The translations under genes and the position numbers were made by a program. A DNA stretch of 64,000 nucleotides. Origin: Tannerella sp. oral taxon 808 (GTDB lineage Bacteria > Bacteroidota > Bacteroidia > Bacteroidales > Tannerellaceae). Under the pieces are notes generated by a model. That model did no database searches, was not told where the DNA came from, and saw nothing but the letters and a program-made list of their open reading frames with translations. Location: contig MIQB01000003.1 in NCBI GenBank assembly GCA_002890585.1, positions 6,727-70,726 on the forward strand. Reading direction: 5' to 3'. Below, one piece after another: positions 19,490 through 30,590 of this stretch (positions are counted from its first letter, which is position 1; the number at the start of each line of letters is the position of its first letter).

Positions 19490-21820
19490 GTGAGAATGAC
19501 GAAGAAATTTACCCGACTGACAGTGGCTTTATGCGTCTGCCTGCACGCGACGCAGCTCATGGCCGACGACGGCGATCCCACGGCCAATGGCGATTCACTG
19601 AAAACGTATGACATCGACGAGGTGGTGATCACCTCCTCACGCAAAGAGACGAACCGCACCGAGCAACTGCCCGGCGCACTGACCGTCGTCACGCCCCGAG
19701 AGGCTGACCTGCGGCAGGTCTCGTCCATCAAGCGCCTGAGCGCGTTTGTCCCCAACCTCTACATCCCCGACTACGGCGCGCGGGTGACATCCGCCGTCTA
19801 CATCCGCGGCATCGGCGCACGCAGCAGCGGACAGACGGTGGGGCTCTACGTCGACGATGTGCCCTATCCAGACAAGGGGTCGTTCGATTTCGAGTTGCCA
19901 GACATCCAGCGGATCGAGGTGCTGCGCGGGCCACAGGGCACACTCTACGGCCGCAATGCGATGGGCGGCATCATCCATGTACACACCTTTTCCCCCCTTG
20001 AACACCAGGGCACGCGCCTCGGCGCCACCTTCGGCAACTATGGTCGGATGGACTTCCGCGCCTCACACGCCATGCGGATCGGGGAGCGGATGGGGCTCCA
20101 TGCGGGGGCTTACTACCGGCGCCATAGCGGGTTCTTTGAGAATGCTTTCAGTGGCACCAAGGCGGATAACGAGCAGACGGCCGGCGGCAACGTGAAGCTC
20201 GTGCGGCGCATCACCGACGCACTCACGGCCACGGTGGCTGTCGTGGGCGGATACACGGATCAGGGCGCCTTTCCCTACGGCCTCCGCGACGACCGCACGG
20301 GGCGCGTGGCGCAGGTGAACATCAACGATCCTTCTTCTTATCGCCGTACGACAACGAACAGCAGCCTGACGCTGAAATACGAGGCCGCGCGCTTCATCCT
20401 GATCTCCACCACCGGCTGGCAGTACCTCCGCGACCGTATGCGTATGGATCAAGACTACCTGCCCCTTTCCATCTTCACCCTCGAGCAGCGCCGGCGCCAC
20501 CATGCGCTCAATCAAGAAGTCTCCATCACGGGGCGCATCACGGGGCGCTATCGCTGGACCATCGGCGCTTCAGGCTTTTACGATGGTCTGCTGACGGATG
20601 CCGATGTGGAGTTTAAGGAAGAAGGCATACGCAGCGTCATGCAGAGCGCCTTCGACCGCTTGCGGGCCGATAACCCGAAGATGCCGCGGCTGCGCGTCAC
20701 GGATCGGCGGCTCTTCCTGCCTTCGCGCTTCGACGAGTCCACCCTCGGCCTGGCCATCTATCACCAGTCCACCCTCGACCACTTCCTCCTGCCCGGCCTC
20801 TCGCTCACCGCTGGCCTGCGCATCGACACCGAGCGCCGGCGGCTGCATTATGAGGCCCAGGGCAAGATGAACCTCTCCATCCTCATGCCGCCCCTCTTCC
20901 CCAAGGAGACGGACATCAGCGGCTTTTATCCCCCCACCCTGTTCGACGAGCACCTTACCTCGGGCGAATGGCAGGTGTTGCCACGCATTGCCCTCCGGTA
21001 TGCCCTGGCGCCCCGCACGAACGTCTACGCGTCGGTCGCTAAGGGCTACAAGACGGGCGGTTACAACGTGCAGATGTCGGCCGACTTGATGCAGGCGCGC
21101 ATGCGTAGCGACGTGATGGACGCCTTCCGCCACTTCGCGCCCGGGATGCCGCGCTTCGGCACCCCCTCGCCCGCTGATGTATTGGCTTACCGTCCGGAGA
21201 AGGCTTGGTGTTACGAGGCCGGCCTGAAGAGCGAGCCGGTGAAGGATCGTCTGCGCGCTGAGCTTACCTTATATTATATGGATATCCGCGACCTCCAGAT
21301 CACACGCTTCACTGATAGCGGCACGGGGCGCATCCTCAGCAACGCAGGGCGTGCCACCAGCCTCGGGGTGGAAGCCTCGGTGCGTGCCGCCATAGCCGCT
21401 GGCCTCACTGCGGATCTCAGCTGGGGATTCACGCACGCCACCTTCCGCAACTATCACGATGGCCGCACGGACTACAGCGGCCACTTCGTGCCCTACGCCC
21501 CGCGCCACACGCTCAGTTTAGGTCTGCACTACGAGCGGCGGTTCCATCGCAGTCGCCTCGTCGATCGCCTCTTCGCCGCTGCCTATTGCAACGCCGTCGG
21601 GCCCATCTACTGGACTGAGGCGGGCGACATCCGGCAGCCACTCTACGCCACCCTCGACGCCCGCGCAGGCATCTCACGCGGCGCCCTCACCTGCTTCCTC
21701 AGCGGCCAAAACCTGACGGACACGGATTATGCTGCCTTCTACTTCCGCTCTTTCGGCCGCAGCTTCATGCAGCGAGGTCGGCCCGCACAGGTCGCCGTCG
21801 GCATCGAATACGCTTTTTAG
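19490..21820 (+). CDS. TonB-dependent receptor (siderophore/heme type)
   Basis: Signal peptide, DEVVITSS TonB box, plug motifs YIRGIGARSSG...IEVLRGPQGTLYGRNAMGGIIHV, and a barrel ending ...GIEYAF. Confidence 0.85.
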   Translation: MRMTKKFTRLTVALCVCLHATQLMADDGDPTANGDSLKTYDIDEVVITSSRKETNRTEQLPGALTVVTPREADLRQVSSIKRLSAFVPNLYIPDYGARVTSAVYIRGIGARSSGQTVGLYVDDVPYPDKGSFDFELPDIQRIEVLRGPQGTLYGRNAMGGIIHVHTFSPLEHQGTRLGATFGNYGRMDFRASHAMRIGERMGLHAGAYYRRHSGFFENAFSGTKADNEQTAGGNVKLVRRITDALTATVAVVGGYTDQGAFPYGLRDDRTGRVAQVNINDPSSYRRTTTNSSLTLKYEAARFILISTTGWQYLRDRMRMDQDYLPLSIFTLEQRRRHHALNQEVSITGRITGRYRWTIGASGFYDGLLTDADVEFKEEGIRSVMQSAFDRLRADNPKMPRLRVTDRRLFLPSRFDESTLGLAIYHQSTLDHFLLPGLSLTAGLRIDTERRRLHYEAQGKMNLSILMPPLFPKETDISGFYPPTLFDEHLTSGEWQVLPRIALRYALAPRTNVYASVAKGYKTGGYNVQMSADLMQARMRSDVMDAFRHFAPGMPRFGTPSPADVLAYRPEKAWCYEAGLKSEPVKDRLRAELTLYYMDIRDLQITRFTDSGTGRILSNAGRATSLGVEASVRAAIAAGLTADLSWGFTHATFRNYHDGRTDYSGHFVPYAPRHTLSLGLHYERRFHRSRLVDRLFAAAYCNAVGPIYWTEAGDIRQPLYATLDARAGISRGALTCFLSGQNLTDTDYAAFYFRSFGRSFMQRGRPAQVAVGIEYAF

Positions 21821-21944
21821 CGTAGCGGGTAAAAGCATGTACCCAGTTCTACTCTCTATCTTGATCTAAAGGGCAGCCACAAGGGCTGCCCCTACGAGAA
21901 GCCGCAAGGCCATAACCACCCTCTAATCTCTAACCTCTAAACAG

Positions 21945-22259
21945 ATGGAATTTCTTACTACGTACAACCTCTGGGGCCTCGTCATTGGCGTCGCCACGTT
22001 TCTAATCATCGGACTTTTCCACCCGCTCGTCATCAAGGCAGAATACTACTTCGGCACACGCTGTTGGTGGGCCTTCCTCGTGGCCGGATTCCTATTTATA
22101 GGCATCTCCGTGTTGGTCCACCACCTCGTGCTCTCCACCATAGCCGGCGTCGTGGCCTTCTCCTGCTTTTGGTCGATCCTGGAAGTGTTTGATCAAAAGA
22201 AACGCGTGGAGAAAGGTTGGTTCCCCGCAAATCCGAAACGGGCAGCGAAAAAGGTGTAG
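21945..22259 (+). CDS. Small two-helix membrane protein (DUF4491-like)
   Basis: A 104-aa hydrophobic ORF. The family name is recalled, not verified. Confidence 0.45.
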   Translation: MEFLTTYNLWGLVIGVATFLIIGLFHPLVIKAEYYFGTRCWWAFLVAGFLFIGISVLVHHLVLSTIAGVVAFSCFWSILEVFDQKKRVEKGWFPANPKRAAKKV

Positions 22260-22430
22260 CGTCGCAACGCTTGCTTTGTGGGTGACGCAACGCCTGCTTT
22301 GTGGGTGACGCAACGCCTGCTTTGTGAGTGACGCAACGCCTGCTTTGTGAGTGACGCAACGCCTGCTTTGTGAGTGTCGCAACGCCTGCTTTGTGAGTGA
22401 CGCAACGCCTGCTTTGTGAGTGACGCAAAT
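22259..22430. repeat. 24-bp tandem repeat, about 7 copies (gtgacgcaacgcctgctttgtgag)
   Basis: Exact periodicity. It begins at the stop codon of the preceding gene and is related to the 6836 array. Confidence 0.85.
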
Positions 22431-22439
22431 GATTTGCGA

Positions 22440-22705
22440 AGGATTGGGTGTATACCCGTGGCGGCCTGAAAGGTCGCTGGACGATAGCCCAGGGCAACGC
22501 CCTGGGCCCAGGCGACACAAAAAACCGCACCCTCAAAATCCTCCACCCACCCTGCCCTCAGCAGGGTGGGTGGAGGATTTTGAGGGTGCGGGGGCTCGGG
22601 CGGGCATCGCATCCCCAGGGTGCCGCTCCGCCCGGGAGGCGTCGCTCTACCCTGGGCTATCGTCCAGCGGCCCTTCAGGCCGCTTTTAGACACCCTTCCC
22701 GTACA
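22440..22705. repeat. Large nested palindrome (~260 bp). The outer arms are ggcggcctgaaaggtcgctggacgatagcccagggc / gccctgggctatcgtccagcggcccttcaggccgc. The inner stem is a perfect 31-bp pair, ccgcaccctcaaaatcctccacccaccctgc / gcagggtgggtggaggattttgagggtgcgg.
   Basis: Inverted repeats were read directly. The outer arms carry the family-1 REP core cccagggcaacgccctggg. Confidence 0.8.
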
Positions 22706-22774
22706 AGCATCGTGTAAGACCACTGTGCAGGGCTTGCCTCGTAGGGGTGAATAATCTTCGCCCTTACAACCGCA

Positions 22775-22960
22775 CTGGTGAATACCCCCTTCACACCTCA
22801 GTGAATACCTCCTTCACACCTCGGTGAAGACACCCTTCACGCCTCAATGAAGACCCCCTTCATACCTCAGTGAAGACACCCTTCATACCTCAGTGAAGAC
22901 ACCCTTCACACCTCAGTGAAGACATCCTTCACACCTCAGTGAAGACGCCCTTCACACCTC
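22775..22960. repeat. 23-bp tandem repeat, about 8 copies (cctcagtgaagacacccttcaca), each unit containing the hairpin cttcac-N6-gtgaag
   Basis: A 23-nt spacing between successive cctcagtgaag cores was measured at three consecutive positions. Confidence 0.8.
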
Positions 22961-23015
22961 GGATACATACATTCGCCAACCATTTTTGTTTCACTATTAA
23001 ACCCCTATCATAACA

Positions 23016-23345
23016 ATGAAAACCTTCGAGAAAGCAACCGTCATCGCCCTTGAGCCATCGGTGGACTATGCCACCGGCTCCGTCATCAGTAAGCAAGTCA
23101 CCATCAGCCGCGCCGGCAACATCACCCTCTTTTCCTTCGACAAGGATCAGGGCCTGACTGAGCACACGGCCGACTTCGACGCCTTTGTGCAGATCCTCGA
23201 CGGTGAGGCCGAGATCCGCATCGACGGCATGCCTCACCGGCTGAAAACCGGTGACTGCATCATCATGCCCGCCAACCATCCGCACGCCCTCTATGCCGTG
23301 GAGCGCTTCAAGATGCTGCTGACGATGATTCGCGGCGGGGAGTGA
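23016..23345 (+). CDS. Cupin-domain protein
   Basis: A 109-aa protein with a conserved-barrel signature (...GDCIIMPANHPHALYAV...). Confidence 0.65.
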   Translation: MKTFEKATVIALEPSVDYATGSVISKQVTISRAGNITLFSFDKDQGLTEHTADFDAFVQILDGEAEIRIDGMPHRLKTGDCIIMPANHPHALYAVERFKMLLTMIRGGE

Positions 23346-23429
23346 GCTGCCCCCCGAAACAAAACCGAACCGCCCCCCGAAAGCCACATGGACTCCTCGG
23401 GGGGCGGTTCTCTTTCCATTCGTTACTCC

Positions 23430-23891
23430 TCAGATGTGGATCCCATACTCCCTCTTCACCTCGTCCATCACGAAGATGCTGTGGATGGAGCTGAGGTGCT
23501 CGATTGTCCCGAGTACGTTCAGGAGGAAGGCTTGATAATACTTCATGTCCGGCGCGTGGATCTTGAGCAGATAGTCGTAGTCTCCGGCAATGTTGTAGCA
23601 CTCGGTCACTTCCGGGATGGCCTGAATCTTCCGCGTAAACTCCGTCGCAATCTCGCGATTGATGCGACTCATCTTTACGGTGCAAAACACGCGGAAGCCT
23701 CGATTCAGCTTTTCGGCATCGAGCACAGCCACGTATTTCTTGATGTATCCCTTGCGTTCGAGGCGTTTGAGGCGCTCGAAAACGGGCGTAGAAGAGAGGT
23801 TCACGTTGCGTGCCAACTCTTTGGTCGTCAGGTGAGCATCTTCCTGCAGGATGCGCAGGATTTGCAGGTCGGTATTGTCTAATGTCTCCAT
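23430..23891 (-). CDS. Lrp/AsnC-family transcriptional regulator
   Basis: N-terminal HTH LDNTDLQILRILQEDAHLTTKELARNVNLSSTPVFERLKRLE and a C-terminal RAM domain. The start was set at the internal Met that gives the canonical N-terminus. The ORF-track start at 23951 is the alternative. Confidence 0.8.
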   Translation of the reverse strand: METLDNTDLQILRILQEDAHLTTKELARNVNLSSTPVFERLKRLERKGYIKKYVAVLDAEKLNRGFRVFCTVKMSRINREIATEFTRKIQAIPEVTECYNIAGDYDYLLKIHAPDMKYYQAFLLNVLGTIEHLSSIHSIFVMDEVKREYGIHI

Positions 23892-24150
23892 AAGTGATAA
23901 ATATTCTTCTTGCGAGTATTTTAGGTGATCGGAACGACCCTTATTTTCCATAAGGATGCGCGAAAATAGTATGGTTTTCTTTATGGCACATAGATCCTAT
24001 GCTATGTCGAGATCCTAAAGGTGCGTTTAGCGGGAAATCAGAGAGAAAATAAGGCCTCGGATTGCGACGGGTTGGCGCTTGTATAAAAACCCACGCCCGT
24101 AGGGTAGGGGGGAGGCGTAGGTCCGCCGCTGGCCTCGAAAACGCCTACTT

Positions 24151-24669
24151 TTGCCCGCGATGAGACGTATTACATTGATCACAGGCGGACAACGGTCCGG
24201 GAAGAGCAGTTACGCAGAGCGGATGGCGCTATCGCTGTCCGCTCGTCCTGTTTATATGGCTACGGCGCGCGTCTGGGACGATGAGTTCCGCCGACGTGTG
24301 GAGCGCCATCAGGCGGCGCGCGGGCCGCAGTGGACGAACATTGAGGAGGAGAAGCAGCTTAGCCGACACGATGTAGCGGGGCGTGTAGTCGTTGTGGACT
24401 GCGTCACGCTGTGGTGCACCAACTTCTTCTTCGACCTCGACTCCGACGTGCAGGCCGCCCTCGAGGCCGCGCGCAGCGAGTTCGACCGCCTCACGGCACA
24501 AGACGCCACGTTCCTTTTTGTCACTAACGAGATCGGCCTCGGCGGCGTCTCCGAGAATAAGCTCCAGCGCCGCTTCACCGACTTGCAAGGCTGGATGAAC
24601 CAGTACATCGCCGCGCGAGCCGACGAGGTCGTCCTTATGGTCAGCGGCATCCCCGTGAAGATTAAATGA
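24151..24669 (+). CDS. cobU: Adenosylcobinamide kinase / adenosylcobinamide-phosphate guanylyltransferase
   Basis: P-loop [17 protein letters not shown] at the N-terminus, a size of about 170 aa, and position as the first gene of the cobU-T-S-C run. The start could instead be Met4 at 24160. Confidence 0.85.
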   Translation: MPAMRRITLITGGQRSGKSSYAERMALSLSARPVYMATARVWDDEFRRRVERHQAARGPQWTNIEEEKQLSRHDVAGRVVVVDCVTLWCTNFFFDLDSDVQAALEAARSEFDRLTAQDATFLFVTNEIGLGGVSENKLQRRFTDLQGWMNQYIAARADEVVLMVSGIPVKIK

Positions 24670-25727
24670 AGCATACCCCCAGCATGAAAACCTTCCGCAT
24701 CCGAAAGCCGGACGACGCGATCCGCCCGGCCCTGCAACAAAAGATCGACAACCTGACTAAGCCCAAAGGGGCACTCGGGCGGCTCGAGGAGCTGGCCCTG
24801 CAAATCGGACTCGTGCAACAAACCCTCACCCCCACGCTGCGCCGTCCGCACAACATCATCTTCGCTGCCGACCACGGCATTACGGCCGAAGGCGTCAGCA
24901 TCTCGCCCCGCGAAGTGACGTGGCAGCAGTGCATCCACTTCGCCACCTCGAATGGTGGCGGCGTCAACTTCCTCTGCCGGCAGCACGGCTTCGCACTGCG
25001 CGTCGTTGACGTCGGCGTGGACTACGACTTCCCGCCCGAGCTCCCCATCATCCCCCGCAAGGTGCGCCGCGGCACGCGCAACTTCCTCCACGAGCCAGCC
25101 ATGACCGAGGGTGAACTGGACGCCTGTATCGCACACGGTGCGGAGGTTGTGCGCAGCGTCTACGATGCCGGTTGCAACGTTGTCAGCTTCGGCGAGATGG
25201 GTATCGGCAACACCTCCGCCTCCTCGCTGTGGATGACCTGCCTTGCGGACATCCCCTTAGCGCGCTGCGTGGGCGCCGGATCCGGCCTTTCGGACGAGGG
25301 CGTGCGCCACAAGCTCGGCGTGCTCAGTCGTGCGTTGGAAAACTATACGGGCGATGGGTCGACCATCAGCATCATGCGTCACTTCGGCGGCTTAGAGATG
25401 GTCGCTGCCGTCGGTGCCATCCTGCAAGCGGCCGAGCTCGGCATGCTCATCCTCGTCGACGGCTTCATTCTGACTAACTGCATGCTGGCCGCCGCCGCCA
25501 TCTGCCCGGATGTAATGGCCTACGCCATCTTCGGTCACTGCGGCGACGAGTCGGGCCATCGCCTTGTGCTCGACGCCCTTCACGCCCGCCCGTTGCTCGA
25601 TCTCGGTCTGCGGCTCGGTGAGGGCACAGGCGCCATCTGCGCCTATCCCATCGTCGACTCCGCCGTCCGCATGATCAACGAGATGGACACCTTCGAGGGT
25701 GGCCGCATCACGAAGTATTTCTCTTAG
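24666..25727 (+). CDS. cobT: Nicotinate-nucleotide--dimethylbenzimidazole phosphoribosyltransferase
   Basis: Signature [17 protein letters not shown]...GEMGIGNTS. The ATGA overlaps the cobU stop. Confidence 0.85.
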   Translation: MKHTPSMKTFRIRKPDDAIRPALQQKIDNLTKPKGALGRLEELALQIGLVQQTLTPTLRRPHNIIFAADHGITAEGVSISPREVTWQQCIHFATSNGGGVNFLCRQHGFALRVVDVGVDYDFPPELPIIPRKVRRGTRNFLHEPAMTEGELDACIAHGAEVVRSVYDAGCNVVSFGEMGIGNTSASSLWMTCLADIPLARCVGAGSGLSDEGVRHKLGVLSRALENYTGDGSTISIMRHFGGLEMVAAVGAILQAAELGMLILVDGFILTNCMLAAAAICPDVMAYAIFGHCGDESGHRLVLDALHARPLLDLGLRLGEGTGAICAYPIVDSAVRMINEMDTFEGGRITKYFS

Positions 25728-25762
25728 CGCATCTTCTAACTACCCTCTAACTACTCAGCGTT

Positions 25763-26560
25763 ATGATCGATGACATATTCGCAGCCCTCACCTTCTTCAC
25801 GCGGCTGCCGTGGTGGCGGTTGCGCCAAGTGCCCGCTGACAGTTTCAAGCGTCTCGTCGCCTATTGGCCGCTGGCGGGATGGCTCACGGGCGGCGTGATG
25901 GCCCTTGTTTATTGGGTGATGGTCATGGCAGACCATCCCTTCCTCTTCGGCTTACTGTTGGCATGGATTGCGCGGCTGCTCCTCACCGGCGCCCTGCACG
26001 AGGATGGCTTGGCCGACTTCATTGACGGCTTCGGCGGTGGCCGCACACGCCAACGCACGCTGGCCATTATGAAGGATTCCCACATCGGCACCTATGGCGT
26101 GCTTACGCTTATCGTCCACGCTGCCCTCTGGCTTTGCACCACCACCATCTTGGCCGGTTACATGGAGGAGTACCTCTTCTGCCTGCTCTTCCTTGGCGAT
26201 GTCTGGGCCAAATGGTGCGCCTCGCAGATGATCAACCTCCTGCCTTACGTCCGTCGTGAAGACGAGTGTAAGATCCAAGCCGTTTACGATCCCATGTCGA
26301 CGTCCTCCTTTTTCATCGGGCTGCTCTTGGCCTTCGTACCACTGATGGCCGGTTCGGCGTGGCTCTTTTGGGAGGGATTCGAGTTCCTCATCGGCGGACT
26401 CTGGGTGTCGGCCGCTGTAACCATCGGCGTCATGCTGCTGCTTGTGCGCTACATGCGGCATCGCCTTGGCGGCTATACCGGCGACTGCTGCGGCGCCACC
26501 TTCTTGCTCTGCGAACTCTCATTTCTTATTATGCTGAATATCGTATGGATGTTTTTCTGA
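25763..26560 (+). CDS. cobS: Adenosylcobinamide-GDP ribazoletransferase (cobalamin synthase)
   Basis: A polytopic membrane protein with a FFTRLP N-terminus and GxxxDxxDG-like motifs (HEDGLADFIDGFGG). Confidence 0.85.
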   Translation: MIDDIFAALTFFTRLPWWRLRQVPADSFKRLVAYWPLAGWLTGGVMALVYWVMVMADHPFLFGLLLAWIARLLLTGALHEDGLADFIDGFGGGRTRQRTLAIMKDSHIGTYGVLTLIVHAALWLCTTTILAGYMEEYLFCLLFLGDVWAKWCASQMINLLPYVRREDECKIQAVYDPMSTSSFFIGLLLAFVPLMAGSAWLFWEGFEFLIGGLWVSAAVTIGVMLLLVRYMRHRLGGYTGDCCGATFLLCELSFLIMLNIVWMFF

Positions 26561-27072
26561 TTCGCCACACCTCTGTCGACGTCCCCCCCGGCACTTGCTA
26601 CGGCCACACCGACGTCCCCCTCCGCTCCACCTTTCCCGAGGAGGCAGCCCGCGTCAAGCAACAGCTCGACGCCCACACCTTCGACGCTGTCTACACCAGT
26701 CCGCTCAGCCGTTGCACACGCCTTGCCACCTATTGCGGTTATCCCGACGCCCTCCGCGACGACCGTCTGAAGGAGATGAATATGGGCGCGTGGGAGATGC
26801 ACCTCTTCGATGCCATCACCGACCCGCGCATCCGCGAGTGGTACGACGATTACTTGCATGTGGCACCCACCGGCGGCGAATCGTATCCCGAGATGCAGCG
26901 CCGCATCTCCGCCTTCCTTGACGAATTGAAAGGGACGGGTCACCGGAGGGTCGCCCTCTTCGCCCACGGTGGTGTGCTGATGTGTGCGCAGGTGCATGCC
27001 GGAAAGATGCTTCCCGCCGATGCCCTCCGCCAGCTCGCCCCCTACGGAGGCATCATACAAATCACCCTCTGA
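26545..27072 (+). CDS. cobC: Alpha-ribazole phosphatase (histidine phosphatase family)
   Basis: The internal ATG at 26545 gives MDVFLIRHTSVD, an RHG-type catalytic motif. It overlaps the cobS 3' end by 16 nt. The ORF-track N-terminal extension is out-of-frame cobS sequence. Confidence 0.7.
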   Translation: MDVFLIRHTSVDVPPGTCYGHTDVPLRSTFPEEAARVKQQLDAHTFDAVYTSPLSRCTRLATYCGYPDALRDDRLKEMNMGAWEMHLFDAITDPRIREWYDDYLHVAPTGGESYPEMQRRISAFLDELKGTGHRRVALFAHGGVLMCAQVHAGKMLPADALRQLAPYGGIIQITL

Positions 27073-27195
27073 ACGGCCCTTAAAGTCCCAATTAATAGTG
27101 AGAAAAGCCCTTGGTATATCCACACCATTAGGGGTTGCCCTCGCCTGCCTGCGCAAATACTTTTGCCCCCGAAAAATTTTAATTACAAGAAAGAA

Positions 27196-27687
27196 ATGGG
27201 AAAGACAGCCATCATTTACGGTTCGACCACAGGTACGACCGAAGACATCGCAGGCCGCATCGCCTCGCAACTGAACGTCGGTAAAGAAGACATCTACGAA
27301 ATCTCTAAAGTCACGGCCGACACCGTGGCCCCTTACGACAACTTGCTTTTAGGCACCTCTACTTGGGGCAGCGGTGATCTGCAAGACGACTGGTACGACG
27401 GCGTGGAGACCCTCAAGGGGGCAAATCTGGCCGGAAAGAAGATCGCCCTCTTCGGCTGCGGCGACGCCTCGTCTTACTCCGACACCTTCTGCAGTGCGAT
27501 GGGTACGATCTATAACGACCTGAAGGATTCGGGCGCCACGTTCGTGGGCCGTGTGGATCCGTCGGATTACACCTTCGACAGCTCCGACGCCATCGTGGAC
27601 GGACAGTTCGTCGGCCTGCCGATCGATGAAGTGAACGAGCCGGAGAAGACCGATGATCGCATTAGCAGCTGGGTAGCGTCGCTCTAA
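27196..27687 (+). CDS. fldA: Flavodoxin
   Basis: MGKTAIIYGSTTGTTEDIA FMN-binding loop, an STWG motif and a length of about 160 aa. Confidence 0.8.
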   Translation: MGKTAIIYGSTTGTTEDIAGRIASQLNVGKEDIYEISKVTADTVAPYDNLLLGTSTWGSGDLQDDWYDGVETLKGANLAGKKIALFGCGDASSYSDTFCSAMGTIYNDLKDSGATFVGRVDPSDYTFDSSDAIVDGQFVGLPIDEVNEPEKTDDRISSWVASL

Positions 27688-27698
27688 CACCATGCGTC

Positions 27699-28067
27699 AT
27701 GGCCGCCGAGACGAAGCCGATAGCAGGATCGGCCGAGATTAAAGTCTTGTACAATCATATTTATGAGTACAAGAAAGGTGTCCGGAATCTGATCCTCTAC
27801 ACGTTGAACGAGCAATATGTCCCCCTCGCCTGCGAGCGATTGGAGAGGCAGCGTATCCCTTACCTCATTCAGCGCGCGGGAAGGAGTAACATCAATATCT
27901 ACTTCGGACAACCCGAGTGCCTCGAAACGATTCGAGGCTTCGTCTCCCGACCATTGAACAGGCTTACGCCTGAAGAGGATTTCATCCTCGGTGCGCTACT
28001 GGGATACAACATTTGCGAACAGTGCAAGCGCTTCTGTACGAAAAAGAAGAGGGCTTGCCGGGCTTGA
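27699..28067 (+). CDS. Conserved hypothetical protein (DUF2023-like) commonly adjacent to flavodoxin in Bacteroidales
   Basis: A 122-aa ORF that is translationally close-coupled to the flavodoxin gene. A rho-independent terminator (gaggcgcctc + T7) follows. The family name is from memory. Confidence 0.45.
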   Translation: MAAETKPIAGSAEIKVLYNHIYEYKKGVRNLILYTLNEQYVPLACERLERQRIPYLIQRAGRSNINIYFGQPECLETIRGFVSRPLNRLTPEEDFILGALLGYNICEQCKRFCTKKKRACRA

Positions 28068-28210
28068 TTAAGGAAGAAAAGAGGTGCTTCCCCCCCCACG
28101 CACGGGCGGGAGGCGCCTCTCTTTTTTTGTATCGATTGCTGCCGATTGGCAGAAGACCTTAGATTGTATTTCCTTTGACCCCCAGTTGAGAAAACCTTTT
28201 AATGGAGTGA

Positions 28211-29494
<1,284 letters not shown>

Positions 29495-29589
29495 AATACT
29501 TCTGAATCAGGCATAATTCAGAGCTTTTATAATGAGTATGGAGAGGCGCCCTCGGGATGAGGGTGCCTCTCTGTTTTTTGGGGGCGGTG

Positions 29590-30351
29590 TCAGCGGGCGC
29601 GTCGGCGGAGCTCGGCGCAGAGGATGGCGGTGGAGATGGCTACGTTGAGCGACTCGGCGCCGCGGCGGTCGGTGGGGTAGCGGGGGATGCCGATTCGACG
29701 GGTGATGAGGGCGGCGACGTCGGGGCGGATGCCGCGCCCCTCGCTGCCCATGACGAGGAGGCCGGCTGCGGCGGGGGGTGTGTCGTAGAGCGCGAGGCCA
29801 TCGGCGAAGGTGCCATAGACTTGGGCGTCGGGGTGGCGGCGGATGAAGTGGGGGAGGTCGGTGTAGTGGACGCGGACGCGGGCGGTGGAGCCCATAGCGG
29901 ATTGGATGGCTTTGGGGCCGAAGGCGTCGGCGGTGTCGGGGCTGCAAACGAGCTGGGTGAAGCCGAACCAGTCGGCGGTGCGGATGATGGTGCCAAGGTT
30001 GCCGGGGTCTTGCACGCCGTCGAGGGCGATGACCCACTGGTGCGTCGGGTCGGCAAGGCGGAGGTCGGCGTCGTCGGGTCGGCGGAAGAGGGCTACGACT
30101 TCGGGGGGCGACTTGAGGAGGCTGGCGCGGCTGAGTGTGTCGCGGTCGGTCGGGATGCGTTCGCAGTCGGTGGGCAGCTGGCTGGCGTGGGCCTCGAACC
30201 ACTCGGGGAGTGCGGCGATCCATTGGCAGGCGAAGGTGCTGAGGAGGTCGGTCACCGTCTTGCTTCCCTCGGCTACGAAGGCGCGTTGCTCGTCGCGGTG
30301 CTTCTTCAATTCTAATGCGTGTATCTGTTTGATTTTTGCTTTGCTCAACAT
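29590..30351 (-). CDS. TrmH/SpoU-family RNA 2'-O-methyltransferase
   Basis: SPOUT motifs: LDGVQDPGNLGTIIRTADWFG, LVMGSEGRGI and ESLNVAISTAI. Confidence 0.8.
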   Translation of the reverse strand: MLSKAKIKQIHALELKKHRDEQRAFVAEGSKTVTDLLSTFACQWIAALPEWFEAHASQLPTDCERIPTDRDTLSRASLLKSPPEVVALFRRPDDADLRLADPTHQWVIALDGVQDPGNLGTIIRTADWFGFTQLVCSPDTADAFGPKAIQSAMGSTARVRVHYTDLPHFIRRHPDAQVYGTFADGLALYDTPPAAAGLLVMGSEGRGIRPDVAALITRRIGIPRYPTDRRGAESLNVAISTAILCAELRRRAR

Positions 30352-30353
30352 GA

Positions 30354-30490
30354 TGGGGGAAACGAAAAACGAAAAGTGAAAAATGAAAAGTGAAAAATGC
30401 CGGGTACACGTTGGGGGAAACGAAAAACGAAAAGTGAAAAACGAAAAGTGAAAAATGCCGGGTACACGTTTGGGGGCGTGTATCCGGCAT
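30354..30490. repeat. 60-bp direct repeat in 2 copies (gggggaaacgaaaaacgaaaagtgaaaaatgaaaagtgaaaaatgccgggtacacgttg) ending in the hairpin aatgccgggtacacg / cgtgtatccggcatt. A family-1 REP-like element lies immediately downstream at 30500..30585.
   Basis: Direct comparison of the two units. They lie in the promoter region of the trmH-like gene. Confidence 0.75.
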
Positions 30491-30590
30491 TGTTATTCAT
30501 TCGATTCGTACCCGGGGCGCCCTGTAGGGGCGCCGGATGATAGCCCAGGGCGAAACCCTGGGCGGGGCGAAACCCTGGGCGGGGGAGGGA

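Noticed and set aside
23388..23882. 164-aa plus-strand ORF
   Set aside because: It is antisense to the well-supported Lrp/AsnC regulator gene.
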